Shown: positions 19,041 through 28,854, counted from the stretch's first letter. The stretch is 35,808 bases of DNA from Thermoplasmata archaeon (GCA_021799315.1 JAJZAR010000001.1:1-35808), one strand, 5' to 3'. A program made the numbers and translations. The notes: generated from the sequence alone by a model not told the origin.

Positions 19041-19896
19041 ATTTGCTAGCACCTATTTCCTTAATGGCCAGGTCATATTCCTCCTGTGATGCAGGAGGGC
19101 TGCCGTGGTACTTAGGGTTATTTTCCATATAACTCACGCCCTTCCCCTTTACGGTATCTGCAATAAGTAAAGTGGGTTTTCCTTTCTCATGTTTTGCAAA
19201 TTCTATGGCATTCCTAATTTCATCAAAGTTGTGGCCATTAAACTTCCTGACGTTCAGCCCGAAGGACCTTACTCTTGACTCTATATCTGGAAGAGGCATC
19301 ACATCTTTTGTGAAACCATCCAGTTGAATTTTGTTGAGATCAAGAATTATGGTAAGGTTATCAAGGGCATATTTCGAGGCGGCCATGAAGGATTCCCAAA
19401 CGCTCCCCTCCTCTATTTCCCCATCTCCAATAACGACAAAAACTCTGTAATCCTTTTTATCAAGTTTTGCAGTGAGCGCCATGCCAACAGCTATTCCAAT
19501 GCCCTGCCCCAGCGATCCTGTTGATGTTTCAATACCAGGAACGCCTCTGTGAACATGCCCTTCCAGCTTTGAGTTGATCTTTCTGAAATCCTTGAGCAGT
19601 TCTTGAGGAAAGAACCCTCTTAAGGAGAGTATGCTATAAAGAGCTGGAGATGCGTGGCCTTTACTCATAACAAATCTGTCTCTGGAAGGGTTTTCAGGAT
19701 CTGAAGGATCTACGTGCAACTCATTAAAGTAAAGATATGTGAGTACATCAATTATACTCAGAGACCCGCCAGGATGTCCACTTTTTGCAGACCATACCAT
19801 ATCAATTATCAATGTTCTAGCCTGTTTTGCTATGTTAAATAGTGATTCATTACTTCTATCGCTTTCCACATGTTGCAAATGTTGGGGGTCAACCAT
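19030..19896 (-). CDS. Transketolase, N-terminal (TPP-binding) subunit
   Basis: SGHPGGSLS, RDRFVMSKGH, STGSLGQG, GDGEIEEGSVWE...N, TVKGKG, HG. Confidence 0.96.
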   Translation of the reverse strand: MVDPQHLQHVESDRSNESLFNIAKQARTLIIDMVWSAKSGHPGGSLSIIDVLTYLYFNELHVDPSDPENPSRDRFVMSKGHASPALYSILSLRGFFPQELLKDFRKINSKLEGHVHRGVPGIETSTGSLGQGIGIAVGMALTAKLDKKDYRVFVVIGDGEIEEGSVWESFMAASKYALDNLTIILDLNKIQLDGFTKDVMPLPDIESRVRSFGLNVRKFNGHNFDEIRNAIEFAKHEKGKPTLLIADTVKGKGVSYMENNPKYHGSPPASQEEYDLAIKEIGASKYEN

Positions 19897-19952
19897 CTTT
19901 CCTTACCTTCTTATGTGTTGATAGAGACTAGTGTTAAAACCTTTATGAATTT

Positions 19953-21023
19953 TCAGTTTATATCGTGACCACTACGGTCATCATACCTTTCCATTCCTTC
20001 CGCTGCAATACCAGTTGCAAAAAATACAACTTTGACCTTGCCATTATAGCTTGGGTCAGTCTCTTGCCGTTGAATTATATTACAGTTTGGGGAAACTTTC
20101 TGCTTCATGTATTTCATAGCCTGTTCTCTTTCGGCTACTGTTAAAGATTCGTCTCCTGAAAGGCTTATCAATAGCCCTGTAGCTTTGTAAATGTCTGAAG
20201 AATTGAACGGTGAATTCAGTGCCTGCTCACACGCCTCTATCACCCGCTGTTCTGGTGATGAGTCAGAAATTCCAACGCCGAATATCCCCAGGCCTTTCAT
20301 TTCCAGAATCTTTTCAAGGTCGGAAAGTTCTGTATTAACCCTTGCACTTTTGGAGACAATCTCTATCAATCCTTCGATGGCTTTCATCATAATATTATCT
20401 GCCATTTCTAGTGCCAGGTTAAACATCTCCTTTGGGGCATATCTCCTGATACGATCATTTTCGAAGAGGATTATTGAATCACAGAACTGATAGAGCTCAG
20501 ACAATCCTTTCTTGGCATTTTCCATCCTCTTTACACCTTCGCTTTCAAAGGGCATAGATGCTATGGCAATTACTATTGCCTGTTTTTCCTTTGCCTTCAT
20601 TGCCAGATAGGGCGATGAACCTGTGCCTGTTCCGCCACCAAGGCCAGTAACTATGATCGCAATCTTCACTCTTTCAAGGCTCTTTTCTATCTCACTCTGT
20701 GACTCTCTTGCAGCATCATTACCTACCTGTGGATCAGCGCCTGCACCCCTTCCTCTAGTTTTCTGCTTGCCGAGTATTATCCTTTCTTGAACATTTATGC
20801 TATTGAGGTGATATGCATCGGTATTGGCTGCAGCCAGACGAATTTCACAATAGGGGGAAGTGAAACTTTTGTTGGCCATTCTCTTTATGGTGTTAGAACC
20901 GGCTCCACCCATTCCAAAAACTTTCAGTCTCAACTTGTTAGATTCAACTAACTCTTCCAATTGATCCTTACTGATGCCATATGTTTCTTCTTCATCATCA
21001 TCAAAAGGTGGGCCTGTGATCAT
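19953..21023 (-). CDS. ftsZ: FtsZ-family GTPase (divergent)
   Basis: GMGGAGSN, NTD, TRGRGAGADP, GLGGGTGTG, PFESEG..R, ND, ATG. Probable ATG at 21023. Confidence 0.92.
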   Translation of the reverse strand: MITGPPFDDDEEETYGISKDQLEELVESNKLRLKVFGMGGAGSNTIKRMANKSFTSPYCEIRLAAANTDAYHLNSINVQERIILGKQKTRGRGAGADPQVGNDAARESQSEIEKSLERVKIAIIVTGLGGGTGTGSSPYLAMKAKEKQAIVIAIASMPFESEGVKRMENAKKGLSELYQFCDSIILFENDRIRRYAPKEMFNLALEMADNIMMKAIEGLIEIVSKSARVNTELSDLEKILEMKGLGIFGVGISDSSPEQRVIEACEQALNSPFNSSDIYKATGLLISLSGDESLTVAEREQAMKYMKQKVSPNCNIIQRQETDPSYNGKVKVVFFATGIAAEGMERYDDRSGHDIN

Positions 21024-21612
21024 AGGTAAGAATCGTATTAATATATATAACATTTGCAAATAAGTAATTACTTTCCTGCCTCTTTGAAGCTTAACTCTCA
21101 GGTTGGTGTTAAACAGTAAGGTTTTAAATTTTCCTCATCCTCATCGTTACATAGATACACCGGGAGATATCATATGTTAACGTTTAAAGTAGTTAATTTG
21201 CCGGATAGAGAAAGAAACACCACGGTTAAGATGCTCATTCATAATTGGAGATATGAACTCAATACGAGTACCTATTTCACGCACTGGGAATTGTTCATCA
21301 CGTAATAAAATGCTTTTTCCATTTGGAGTTTCTTTTTATAAAAAAATGAGTGAATTCTCATCGTTGATATGCTGAAACGATAATTGGTTGAATCATTACA
21401 TAATAATAATTTAATTTAATAGATATTTTTTAATTAAATTTATAATAATAAGAGTTGAAAAGAAGATTGCATACAGAGGCAGTGATTTGCAAGTTCCTCT
21501 TTAACTAATATCTTAGAAATCCAGTGCGTTACTGAATAATCAGGCATTTTTCATTCATTGTATATAAATATTGCTTAGCAGGATTTATTTTGTATGAACT
21601 TCTTTTGAATAG

Positions 21613-23373
21613 ATGCAAAACACACAAACGAGACGAAAAGGTTTATTAAGAAGAAACAGGTTGAAAAGAGAACTTGGTCTTTATGAATTAGTCATACTTG
21701 GAGTTGCTGGTTCTCTAGGAAATGGAGCTCTTTTCGGGACCATCTCCATGGTAGCCGGGGCTGGACCCAGTGCCATTTTGGCGTTCATATTTGGTGCATT
21801 TATTTATCTTTTGGTTGCTTTAACATACGTAGAGCTTTCCAAGGTGTACCCTGAAGCCGGAGGTCCTACAAGGTATCCAATTTACACCCATGGTCGGTGG
21901 TCTAACCTCATTAATTCAATGGCCGATATTATCTGGTATCTGCTTATCCCTCCCATAGAAGTTGTGGCGATTCTTATTGGAACAGGTTATTTTTTCCCCG
22001 GTATATTCATAACTAATCAAGGGTTTCCAACAACTGCAGGAGGTTTATTTGGTGCAGGCTTGCTTCTCACATTTATCCCTATAAACTATTTTGGAATCAA
22101 GCAATTTGGTAAGACAACCAACATGATTGGCATTGTAAAATTAATTTTTTACATTGCTATGGTTGTGGGGTTGATAGGATTCGTATTCAATGTAAAAAAC
22201 ATTTATCAATACGGGTTCTTCAATAGTCATGCGCCTCTTGTATCCTTTCTTTCCATCATGCCTCTGGCGATGTATGACTTTGGAGCGACAAGGGTGATTC
22301 CTGATCTTGCTGAAGAGACAAAAAGACCTAATGATGTGGCAAAGGCCATTGTTTTCACGGTAGTGATCGAGTCTCTTATATACATTGGAGTTGCCTTTGC
22401 CATAGTCATGGGTTTTCAATGGTCCGCACTCAGCATTAAACCAGGGGATTTTGCTGCTTTGACGACATCACCCCTTCTCATAGGCCTGAATCCATTCTTC
22501 GTCTTCGCACACCGGTCTGGATTTTACTGGATCTTTATTGCTGCACTCGTGACGGGTTTCTTAGCCCCCTATGTTACGGGTTACATTTATGTCGGAAGTG
22601 GTTCCAGAGTTCTGATGGCGTTTGGGAGATCTGGATTCATAACAAAAAAGCTTAAGAGTATAGATTCTAAACATGCCATACCTCTGCTCGCTTTAGTGGT
22701 ATTTGTTGCATTGGGCAGTATTATAGTGTTTATATCTGCTCCCGTACCTTCCATTTACAGTTTTATAGATGATGCCTCGGCAGCAGGTTATCTGGGGTTG
22801 GTGGTAACACCTATAGCCTTAATTGTATCAAGAAGGCAAGGCGTAACAAAAGAAGAGCATAAATTCAAAGGGATGTGGTTCATAGCACCGCTTTCTGTTG
22901 GATTGAGTTCATTGATACCTTTCTGGGCCGGATGGCCTTCAGAGCCTTATGCTGTTTTTCTTATTCTTGTTGGTGTATTATTTATAAGTGTTAGCGGAAA
23001 AGTAACCAATGGATTCAAGAATGCTATCTGGTACATTGTATATATTGGATTCGTAACAATAATGACTATGATAGGATCGGACGGATATTCCGGTGTGATA
23101 ACCTATCTTAATTTACATAGTATTGGTCTTCCATTTGCACTATCAATAAAAACACCAGCTTCATGGGGGGCACTTATTCCATTCGAATGGGCTACGCTTA
23201 TAATCTTCATTGTCTCAATAGCCGTATTCTATCCATGGGGCGTTCTCTCTGGCTTCAAAAAACAATATGATCATCCTGAATTTACAAGACCCGTTCTGGA
23301 CGATATTAAGAGAGACAAAAAAGAAGAAGCGGAAAGGGTAGCAGCAGAGAAGGCGGAGAGGGCCGCCGATTAA
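21613..23373 (+). CDS. APC family amino acid permease
   Basis: LKRELGL, GSLGNGALF, AGPSAIL, ELSKVYPEAGG, AEETKRP, SRVLMAFGR; about 14 TM helices. Confidence 0.93.
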   Translation: MQNTQTRRKGLLRRNRLKRELGLYELVILGVAGSLGNGALFGTISMVAGAGPSAILAFIFGAFIYLLVALTYVELSKVYPEAGGPTRYPIYTHGRWSNLINSMADIIWYLLIPPIEVVAILIGTGYFFPGIFITNQGFPTTAGGLFGAGLLLTFIPINYFGIKQFGKTTNMIGIVKLIFYIAMVVGLIGFVFNVKNIYQYGFFNSHAPLVSFLSIMPLAMYDFGATRVIPDLAEETKRPNDVAKAIVFTVVIESLIYIGVAFAIVMGFQWSALSIKPGDFAALTTSPLLIGLNPFFVFAHRSGFYWIFIAALVTGFLAPYVTGYIYVGSGSRVLMAFGRSGFITKKLKSIDSKHAIPLLALVVFVALGSIIVFISAPVPSIYSFIDDASAAGYLGLVVTPIALIVSRRQGVTKEEHKFKGMWFIAPLSVGLSSLIPFWAGWPSEPYAVFLILVGVLFISVSGKVTNGFKNAIWYIVYIGFVTIMTMIGSDGYSGVITYLNLHSIGLPFALSIKTPASWGALIPFEWATLIIFIVSIAVFYPWGVLSGFKKQYDHPEFTRPVLDDIKRDKKEEAERVAAEKAERAAD

Positions 23374-23553
23374 TTTTTAAAAGGCTGATAAGATTTAATT
23401 TTTACATTCTCTTTAATCATTGTGGTTAACTCTAAAGTAGGGGTCAATCAACATTGTTTAAGGAGCGTTACATTAAATAATGTAATTAACACCTCAGATG
23501 TTTTTTATGTTTGGTAATAATTCTAAAAATCCTAATTAGGCTCTGGAGTGATC

Positions 23554-23964
23554 CTATTTTTCATGGAACTGAGTGATATCTCTACCATGTGGACATTTTC
23601 CAGGTTTCCCCAGTTTTATGAACATTTTATCAATAGAATGATGATCTATTTGAAAATCTATGGACTCCGACAGAGCGCATGCCTTTTCCAGATCCATTCC
23701 AAAATTCACCATAAGTGTCTCCAGCACCCTATGATTTTCGACGATTTCATGAAAAAATTTCGTTCCCGACGGTGTCAATAATATCATTCCCTTCTCATGA
23801 ACGACAATCTTTTTTGCTTCGAGTCTCCTTATGAGGTTCAATGCGGTAGGCGACTTTATCGACAGATCTGCGGCTAGATCGACAAGCCTTGTTGGAAACT
23901 TTCCTCCTTCCTTTTCGCCCAGATCTACGAGGCAATCTCTTTCTTTTTTCGTCAATTCAGTCAT
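23554..23964 (-). CDS. DtxR/MntR-family metal-dependent transcriptional regulator (no FeoA domain)
   Basis: DLAADLSIKSPT..NLIRRL HTH, LTPSG, HRVLE, C-terminal PGKCPHG. Confidence 0.9.
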   Translation of the reverse strand: MTELTKKERDCLVDLGEKEGGKFPTRLVDLAADLSIKSPTALNLIRRLEAKKIVVHEKGMILLTPSGTKFFHEIVENHRVLETLMVNFGMDLEKACALSESIDFQIDHHSIDKMFIKLGKPGKCPHGRDITQFHEK

Positions 23965-23974
23965 TCTGTCACCG

Positions 23975-23987
23975 TAGTATGATACTA
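23975..23987. promoter_or_regulatory. Palindrome TAGTAT-G-ATACTA, candidate operator of the adjacent DtxR-family regulator
   Basis: Perfect 6-1-6 inverted repeat between the minus-strand TATA (TTTTATATATA, ~23998-24008) and the start codon at 23964. Confidence 0.4.
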
Positions 23988-24089
23988 ATGTTATTTGTAT
24001 ATATAAAAAGTGGTTTTTTTCCCCAAGTTTTCATTCGCTTGGGTAACTCCAAAAGAAAAAATCTTATAATGTTTACCTGATATCAGGAT

Positions 24090-24899
24090 ATGGTAGATAG
24101 GATTTTCATAGAACCTCAAGAAGTTGTTAAACATCTTGACGATTTCGTTATGCTGGACTGCAGATACAGGTTGACTGACACATTTTATGGTGAAAAGGCA
24201 TTTAGAAAATCTACAATTCCAGGTGCATTTTATTTTGACTTGAATAAGGATATGGCATCCCCCGTCAAGGATATAGGTGGCAGGCACCCTCTTCCTGACA
24301 TGAACATTCTCAGAAAAAAACTTGAAAATAGTGGTATAAGCACAGACAGCAAGGTTGTATGCTTTGATGACAACCTTTCTGGTGCTGCCAGAATGTTTCT
24401 ACTTCTCGAAATACTTGGTGTACTGAATGTCAAAATCTTAAGAGGGGGATTTCCAAAATGGGTTGAACTTGGTTACCCATGTTCGGAAGGTGTTGGAAAA
24501 TCCAATACGATTGGGAAAATAAAAGTCAAGGAGACAACAGAGAATATAGCAACTCATTCTGATATCATCTCTATTGAAGATAGCAGTGTAATTGACGCAA
24601 GAGAAAACTATCGTTATCTGGGGGAAAAAGAACCAATTGACACGATACCGGGTCGAATACCGGGTGCAATAAACATACCATATACTGATCTCATGGATGG
24701 AATAGGATTGAAAAGCGAGGAAGAACTTCGTTCCATCCTGAAGGGTTCAAGAGACGGAGATATTATCTATTGTGGATCAGGTGTAACTTCCTGCATAAAC
24801 TATATTGCAATGAAATCCATAGGAATACAACCAAGATTATATGTTGGTAGCTACAGTGACTGGATAAGCAGAAACCTTAAAGTTGAGTCTGGCAAATAG
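24090..24899 (+). CDS. Two-domain sulfurtransferase (rhodanese / 3-mercaptopyruvate sulfurtransferase type)
   Basis: LDCR, IPGA, GGRHPLP, DAR, GRIPGA, active loop YCGSGVTS, YVGSYSDW. Confidence 0.93.
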   Translation: MVDRIFIEPQEVVKHLDDFVMLDCRYRLTDTFYGEKAFRKSTIPGAFYFDLNKDMASPVKDIGGRHPLPDMNILRKKLENSGISTDSKVVCFDDNLSGAARMFLLLEILGVLNVKILRGGFPKWVELGYPCSEGVGKSNTIGKIKVKETTENIATHSDIISIEDSSVIDARENYRYLGEKEPIDTIPGRIPGAINIPYTDLMDGIGLKSEEELRSILKGSRDGDIIYCGSGVTSCINYIAMKSIGIQPRLYVGSYSDWISRNLKVESGK

Positions 24900-24969
24900 T
24901 TAAACAACTAATTGTGTATTTCAACTTCTAAAAACATATAAGTGGTAGAAATATCACATACTGATAATT

Positions 24970-26136
24970 ATGGAGGAAGTATTTGTTGTTGGAGCAAAGA
25001 GAACTCCTCAGGGAAAGTTCGGAAGGTCTTTGTCCACTATCCCAGCTTCAGTTCTTGGCGGTATCGCTATAAAAGCTGCTTTAAATCACTCAAAAATAGA
25101 CCATAAAGATGTTGAAGAAGTCATTTTTGGAAATGTTATTCAGGCCGGAAACGGCCAGAACATTGCAGGGCAATGCGCTTTCAATGGAGGACTGCCTGCC
25201 ACAGTCGTAAAAAATACTGTGAATGTGGTATGTGCTTCTGGCATGCTTGCAATTGAAAACGCATGCAGGGAAATCTCTCTGGGAGAGAGGGACGTTATTG
25301 TTGCCGGTGGAGTGGAATCCATGAGCAGGGCACCCTATCTCATGTCATACAGATTCAGGCAGGGTGTGAAAAATATGTTTTCTGCCAGAGAACAACTGGA
25401 AGATGCAATGTTCAATGATGGACTAAGGGATGCATTTTATGATAACTCAATGGGTTATTGGGCCGATAAGACTGCTGTTAAATTTTCTCAAAAAAGAGAG
25501 GATGTGGATGAATATGCTTTTCAGAGCTTTGAAAGAGCTTTGAAGGCAAAATCAAAGGGTTTGTTTGATTCCGAACTGGCCCAAATGGATGTCCTGGAAG
25601 CTGACGAGGGAATCCGTGAAACATCTATGGAATCTTTGCAAAAATTGAAACCCTCTTTCTCCGATTCAGGTGTACATACTGCTGGAAATTCCTCTCAAAT
25701 ATCTGACGGGTCTTCAGCTCTCGTCCTTGTTTCCAAAAAGTATCTTGAAAGTCATGATATCAAACCTCTTGCAGTCATTAGAGATTTTTCATCAGCAAGC
25801 ATGGACTCCAGAGACTTTCTTGAAGCCCCCATAAAGTCTTCGAAAGAACTCATAAAGAAACATAACTGGAGAATGGACGATTTTGATATTGTGGAGCATA
25901 ACGAAGCATTTTCCGGTGGTTGCATTCTCCTAAGAGATCAATTGGGTATAGACAACGACAGATTCAACGTTAACGGTGGTGCCATAGCAATAGGGCATCC
26001 TCTTGGTAGTAGCGGATCAAGAATTGTTGTTACGCTCATACATGCTCTTATAAACAGGAAGGAAAAGAAAGGTTTCGCAACATTATGCCATGGTGGTGGA
26101 GGAGGGCATTCCATGGCCGTGGAGGTGGTTGAATGA
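24970..26136 (+). CDS. Acetyl-CoA C-acyltransferase (thiolase)
   Basis: RTP.GKFG, VCASG, GGVESMS, TAGNSS.ISDG, NEAF, GHPLGSSG, LCHGGGGG. Confidence 0.96.
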   Translation: MEEVFVVGAKRTPQGKFGRSLSTIPASVLGGIAIKAALNHSKIDHKDVEEVIFGNVIQAGNGQNIAGQCAFNGGLPATVVKNTVNVVCASGMLAIENACREISLGERDVIVAGGVESMSRAPYLMSYRFRQGVKNMFSAREQLEDAMFNDGLRDAFYDNSMGYWADKTAVKFSQKREDVDEYAFQSFERALKAKSKGLFDSELAQMDVLEADEGIRETSMESLQKLKPSFSDSGVHTAGNSSQISDGSSALVLVSKKYLESHDIKPLAVIRDFSSASMDSRDFLEAPIKSSKELIKKHNWRMDDFDIVEHNEAFSGGCILLRDQLGIDNDRFNVNGGAIAIGHPLGSSGSRIVVTLIHALINRKEKKGFATLCHGGGGGHSMAVEVVE

Positions 26137-26981
26137 AGGTTGCAGTTATAGGTTCCGGGACAATGGGCACAGGGATTGGACAGGTTTTCGCCCAGAATGG
26201 ATATGAAGTTTATCAGGTAGATTTTTACACTGCACAGCTTGAAAAGTCAAAGGATATAATGACAAAGTCACTTTCAAAGCTTCATTCTAAAGGGCTGGTG
26301 GACGGGAGTCCAGAACAAATTCTAAAATCAGTCACATTTACAGACAATATCTCGCAAATCCATGATGCTGATATGGTAATGGAAGCGGTATTTGAAAAAC
26401 TTGAAACAAAATCCGATGTCTTATCCAGGATCTCAGACACAGTGAATGATAAGGCCATAATCGGTTCAAACACATCATCCATTTCCATAAATAAGCTGTC
26501 AAAATTTGTAAAGAACCCTGAGCGTTTTCTTGGGGTTCATTTTTTCAATCCCGTTCCCATAATGAAACTTGTGGAGCTTGTAACCTCAGAGAAGACAGAT
26601 CCCTCTAAATTGTCAGATGTCAAGAAAATCCTCATAGGATTGGGAAAGGATCCAGTTACTTCTCAGGACTATCCTGGATTTATATCCAACAGAATATTGA
26701 TGCCTCTCATACGCGAGGCAATTCTGGTGTTTGAGGAACACGTTTCCAATGCTGAAGACATTGATAAAACATTCAGGTTGGGTATGAACCATCCCATGGG
26801 TCCTCTAGAACTGGCAGATTTTATAGGCCTTGATGTATGCCAAGACATTATGGAAGTCCTCTATACGGAATATGGAGATCCAAGGTATAAGCCTCCAATC
26901 GCCTTAAGAAACCTTGTGCTCTCTGGAAAACTTGGAAGGAAATCAGGTTCAGGTTTCTATGATTATGAGGTGAAAAAATGA
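26133..26981 (+). CDS. hbd: 3-hydroxyacyl/3-hydroxybutyryl-CoA dehydrogenase
   Basis: GSGTMGTGI, EAVFE, SNTSS, HFFNPVP, PGFISNR, HPMGPLELADFIGLD, LGRKSGSGFY. Confidence 0.93.
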   Translation: MKVAVIGSGTMGTGIGQVFAQNGYEVYQVDFYTAQLEKSKDIMTKSLSKLHSKGLVDGSPEQILKSVTFTDNISQIHDADMVMEAVFEKLETKSDVLSRISDTVNDKAIIGSNTSSISINKLSKFVKNPERFLGVHFFNPVPIMKLVELVTSEKTDPSKLSDVKKILIGLGKDPVTSQDYPGFISNRILMPLIREAILVFEEHVSNAEDIDKTFRLGMNHPMGPLELADFIGLDVCQDIMEVLYTEYGDPRYKPPIALRNLVLSGKLGRKSGSGFYDYEVKK

Positions 26982-27736
26982 AGTTTATAACTGAAGAAAC
27001 CACAGGTAGAGTTTCCACAATTACCTTGAATTCTGATAATCCATTCAATCCACTCAGTATTGAAATGCTTGAAGAAATTGGAAATGTTCTGAAGGATGAG
27101 GATAAAATCATTGTTATAAGAGGAAAAAACAAGGCATTCAGTGCAGGAGCCGACATCAGTCGATTTCCTAAAATGGAGCCAGCAGATGCTTTTCACTTTT
27201 CCCAGAAGGGACAGGAAATCATGAATCTTGTTGCCACACGACATATGCCCGTTATAGCTGCAATACATGGTTTCGCTCTGGGTGGCGGGCTTGAACTTGC
27301 TCTTTCCTGTGATGTGAGAATCTGTCATCCATCCACAGTCTTTGGCCTTCCGGAAGTGACTCTTGGCATTTTGCCGGGATTTGGAGGTACCCAAAGACTG
27401 AAATCACTTGTTGGTGAGGGGAGAGCTTACTGGTTGATTTCTACGGGATCAAGGCTCAATGCACAGGATGCATTTGCATGGGGTGTGGTCACAGAAATAT
27501 CTGATCAATATGAAGAGAGAGCTATTGATATTGCAAGGCAATATGAGAAATTGCCCTACGAGTCTCTATCATACATAAAGAAATTGACCCGTCCTGTTCC
27601 TGAGAATATGTTAAATTTGGAAATGGAGTATTTTGGAAATCTATTCGAGACGGAAAACAGATTAGAAGGGGTATCGGCTTTCCTCGAAAAGAGAAAACCC
27701 GATTTTAATAAGTCTATTAAGAAGGATAAATTATAA
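26978..27736 (+). CDS. Enoyl-CoA hydratase (crotonase family)
   Basis: FSAGADI, GFALGGGLELALSCD, PEVTLGILPGFGGTQRL, EGVSAFLEKRKP; both catalytic Glu present. Confidence 0.94.
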   Translation: MKFITEETTGRVSTITLNSDNPFNPLSIEMLEEIGNVLKDEDKIIVIRGKNKAFSAGADISRFPKMEPADAFHFSQKGQEIMNLVATRHMPVIAAIHGFALGGGLELALSCDVRICHPSTVFGLPEVTLGILPGFGGTQRLKSLVGEGRAYWLISTGSRLNAQDAFAWGVVTEISDQYEERAIDIARQYEKLPYESLSYIKKLTRPVPENMLNLEMEYFGNLFETENRLEGVSAFLEKRKPDFNKSIKKDKL

Positions 27737-28738
27737 AGTTACGTAATCCTTTCTTATGTCCAGTATTTTTTTAGACAGCGAACTGAAGTCATCGTCTGTT
27801 GTCAGATTGCGGCTCAGGTACAGATTTCTATATTTTTCACCGCTATCTGGAAAAACAGTATATATTCTTGAACCTGGGTGTTCCTCGCCTATCTTCATTG
27901 CTCCTGAGAAATTTCCGCCGGCTGAGAATCCAACTAGCAATTCATAATTTTCAATGAGAAATTTGACACCATTTTCAGCATCTTTCTCACTGAGATTGAG
28001 CATTCTATCAACTATGGAAATATGCTTTTCAAGAATTACTTTGTCCTTGGCTTTCATGAAATTTCTTATTCCCTGAATATAGGCATCCTGATTGGATTGC
28101 ATCATGATCACATCCGTATCCTGGTTTCTTTCCTTGAAGAAGAGCCCATTTCCTATTATTGATCCACCGGTTCCCATTGCAATCGCAACATAATTTGGAG
28201 AACCACCCATCTGTTGGAGAGCCTCAGGTCCCGTAGTGTAGATATGGGCTTTATAATTCATGGGGTTCCCATGCTGGTGTAGGAATCTATAAGTATCAGG
28301 TTTTTCTATTGCCAGTTTATTCGCCCTTTCTATGGCCATTGCAGTACTTGTACTCTCCGGTGATTCTCCTACAACTTCGATTTGTGCACCTGATTGTTCA
28401 AGTTTCTCCCGTGTTTCCGTAGCCGTTCCCGGTGGAATAAAAATGATGGACTCCAATCCGAGCTTTCTGCAAATATTTCCAATAGCTATTCCGGTATTTC
28501 CTGAACTCCCATCCACTATTATCAGCTTTTTATTCCTGTCACTTTTCTTGATTGCATCTTCGATCATGAAAAATGAACCCCTATCCTTTATGGATCCAAA
28601 AGGGTTGAAAAACTCCAATTTTGCATATATTGTGGAACCATTGCTCATATGATGAACCAGCATGGGTGTATTACCAAATCCCATTTTGTAGAAATCATCT
28701 CTTATACTACTGCAAAGTTCTGAGTCTTCGATATTCAT
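27731..28738 (-). CDS. cysM: PLP-dependent cysteine synthase, CysM/O-phosphoserine sulfhydrylase-like
   Basis: GNTP, KLEFFNPFGSIKDR, SSGNTG, GTGGS, FPDSGEKY; IQGIRN carries Arg where CysK has IQGIGA. Confidence 0.8.
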   Translation of the reverse strand: MNIEDSELCSSIRDDFYKMGFGNTPMLVHHMSNGSTIYAKLEFFNPFGSIKDRGSFFMIEDAIKKSDRNKKLIIVDGSSGNTGIAIGNICRKLGLESIIFIPPGTATETREKLEQSGAQIEVVGESPESTSTAMAIERANKLAIEKPDTYRFLHQHGNPMNYKAHIYTTGPEALQQMGGSPNYVAIAMGTGGSIIGNGLFFKERNQDTDVIMMQSNQDAYIQGIRNFMKAKDKVILEKHISIVDRMLNLSEKDAENGVKFLIENYELLVGFSAGGNFSGAMKIGEEHPGSRIYTVFPDSGEKYRNLYLSRNLTTDDDFSSLSKKILDIRKDYVTL

Positions 28739-28787
28739 TAATGGGACATGGTAATAAAAGTATTATTAGTTGTGACTTTTAAGAACC

Positions 28788-28795
28788 AAAAAAAA
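28788..28795 (-). terminator. Oligo-T terminator candidate for the trxA-trxB-Rieske operon
   Basis: A8 on the + strand (T8 on -), about 60 nt after the Rieske stop. Confidence 0.35.
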
Positions 28796-28854
28796 CTAGC
28801 TGTACAAAGTTAAAAATATGAGGATAACACATAGAAAAACGAATCACTTTGTGG

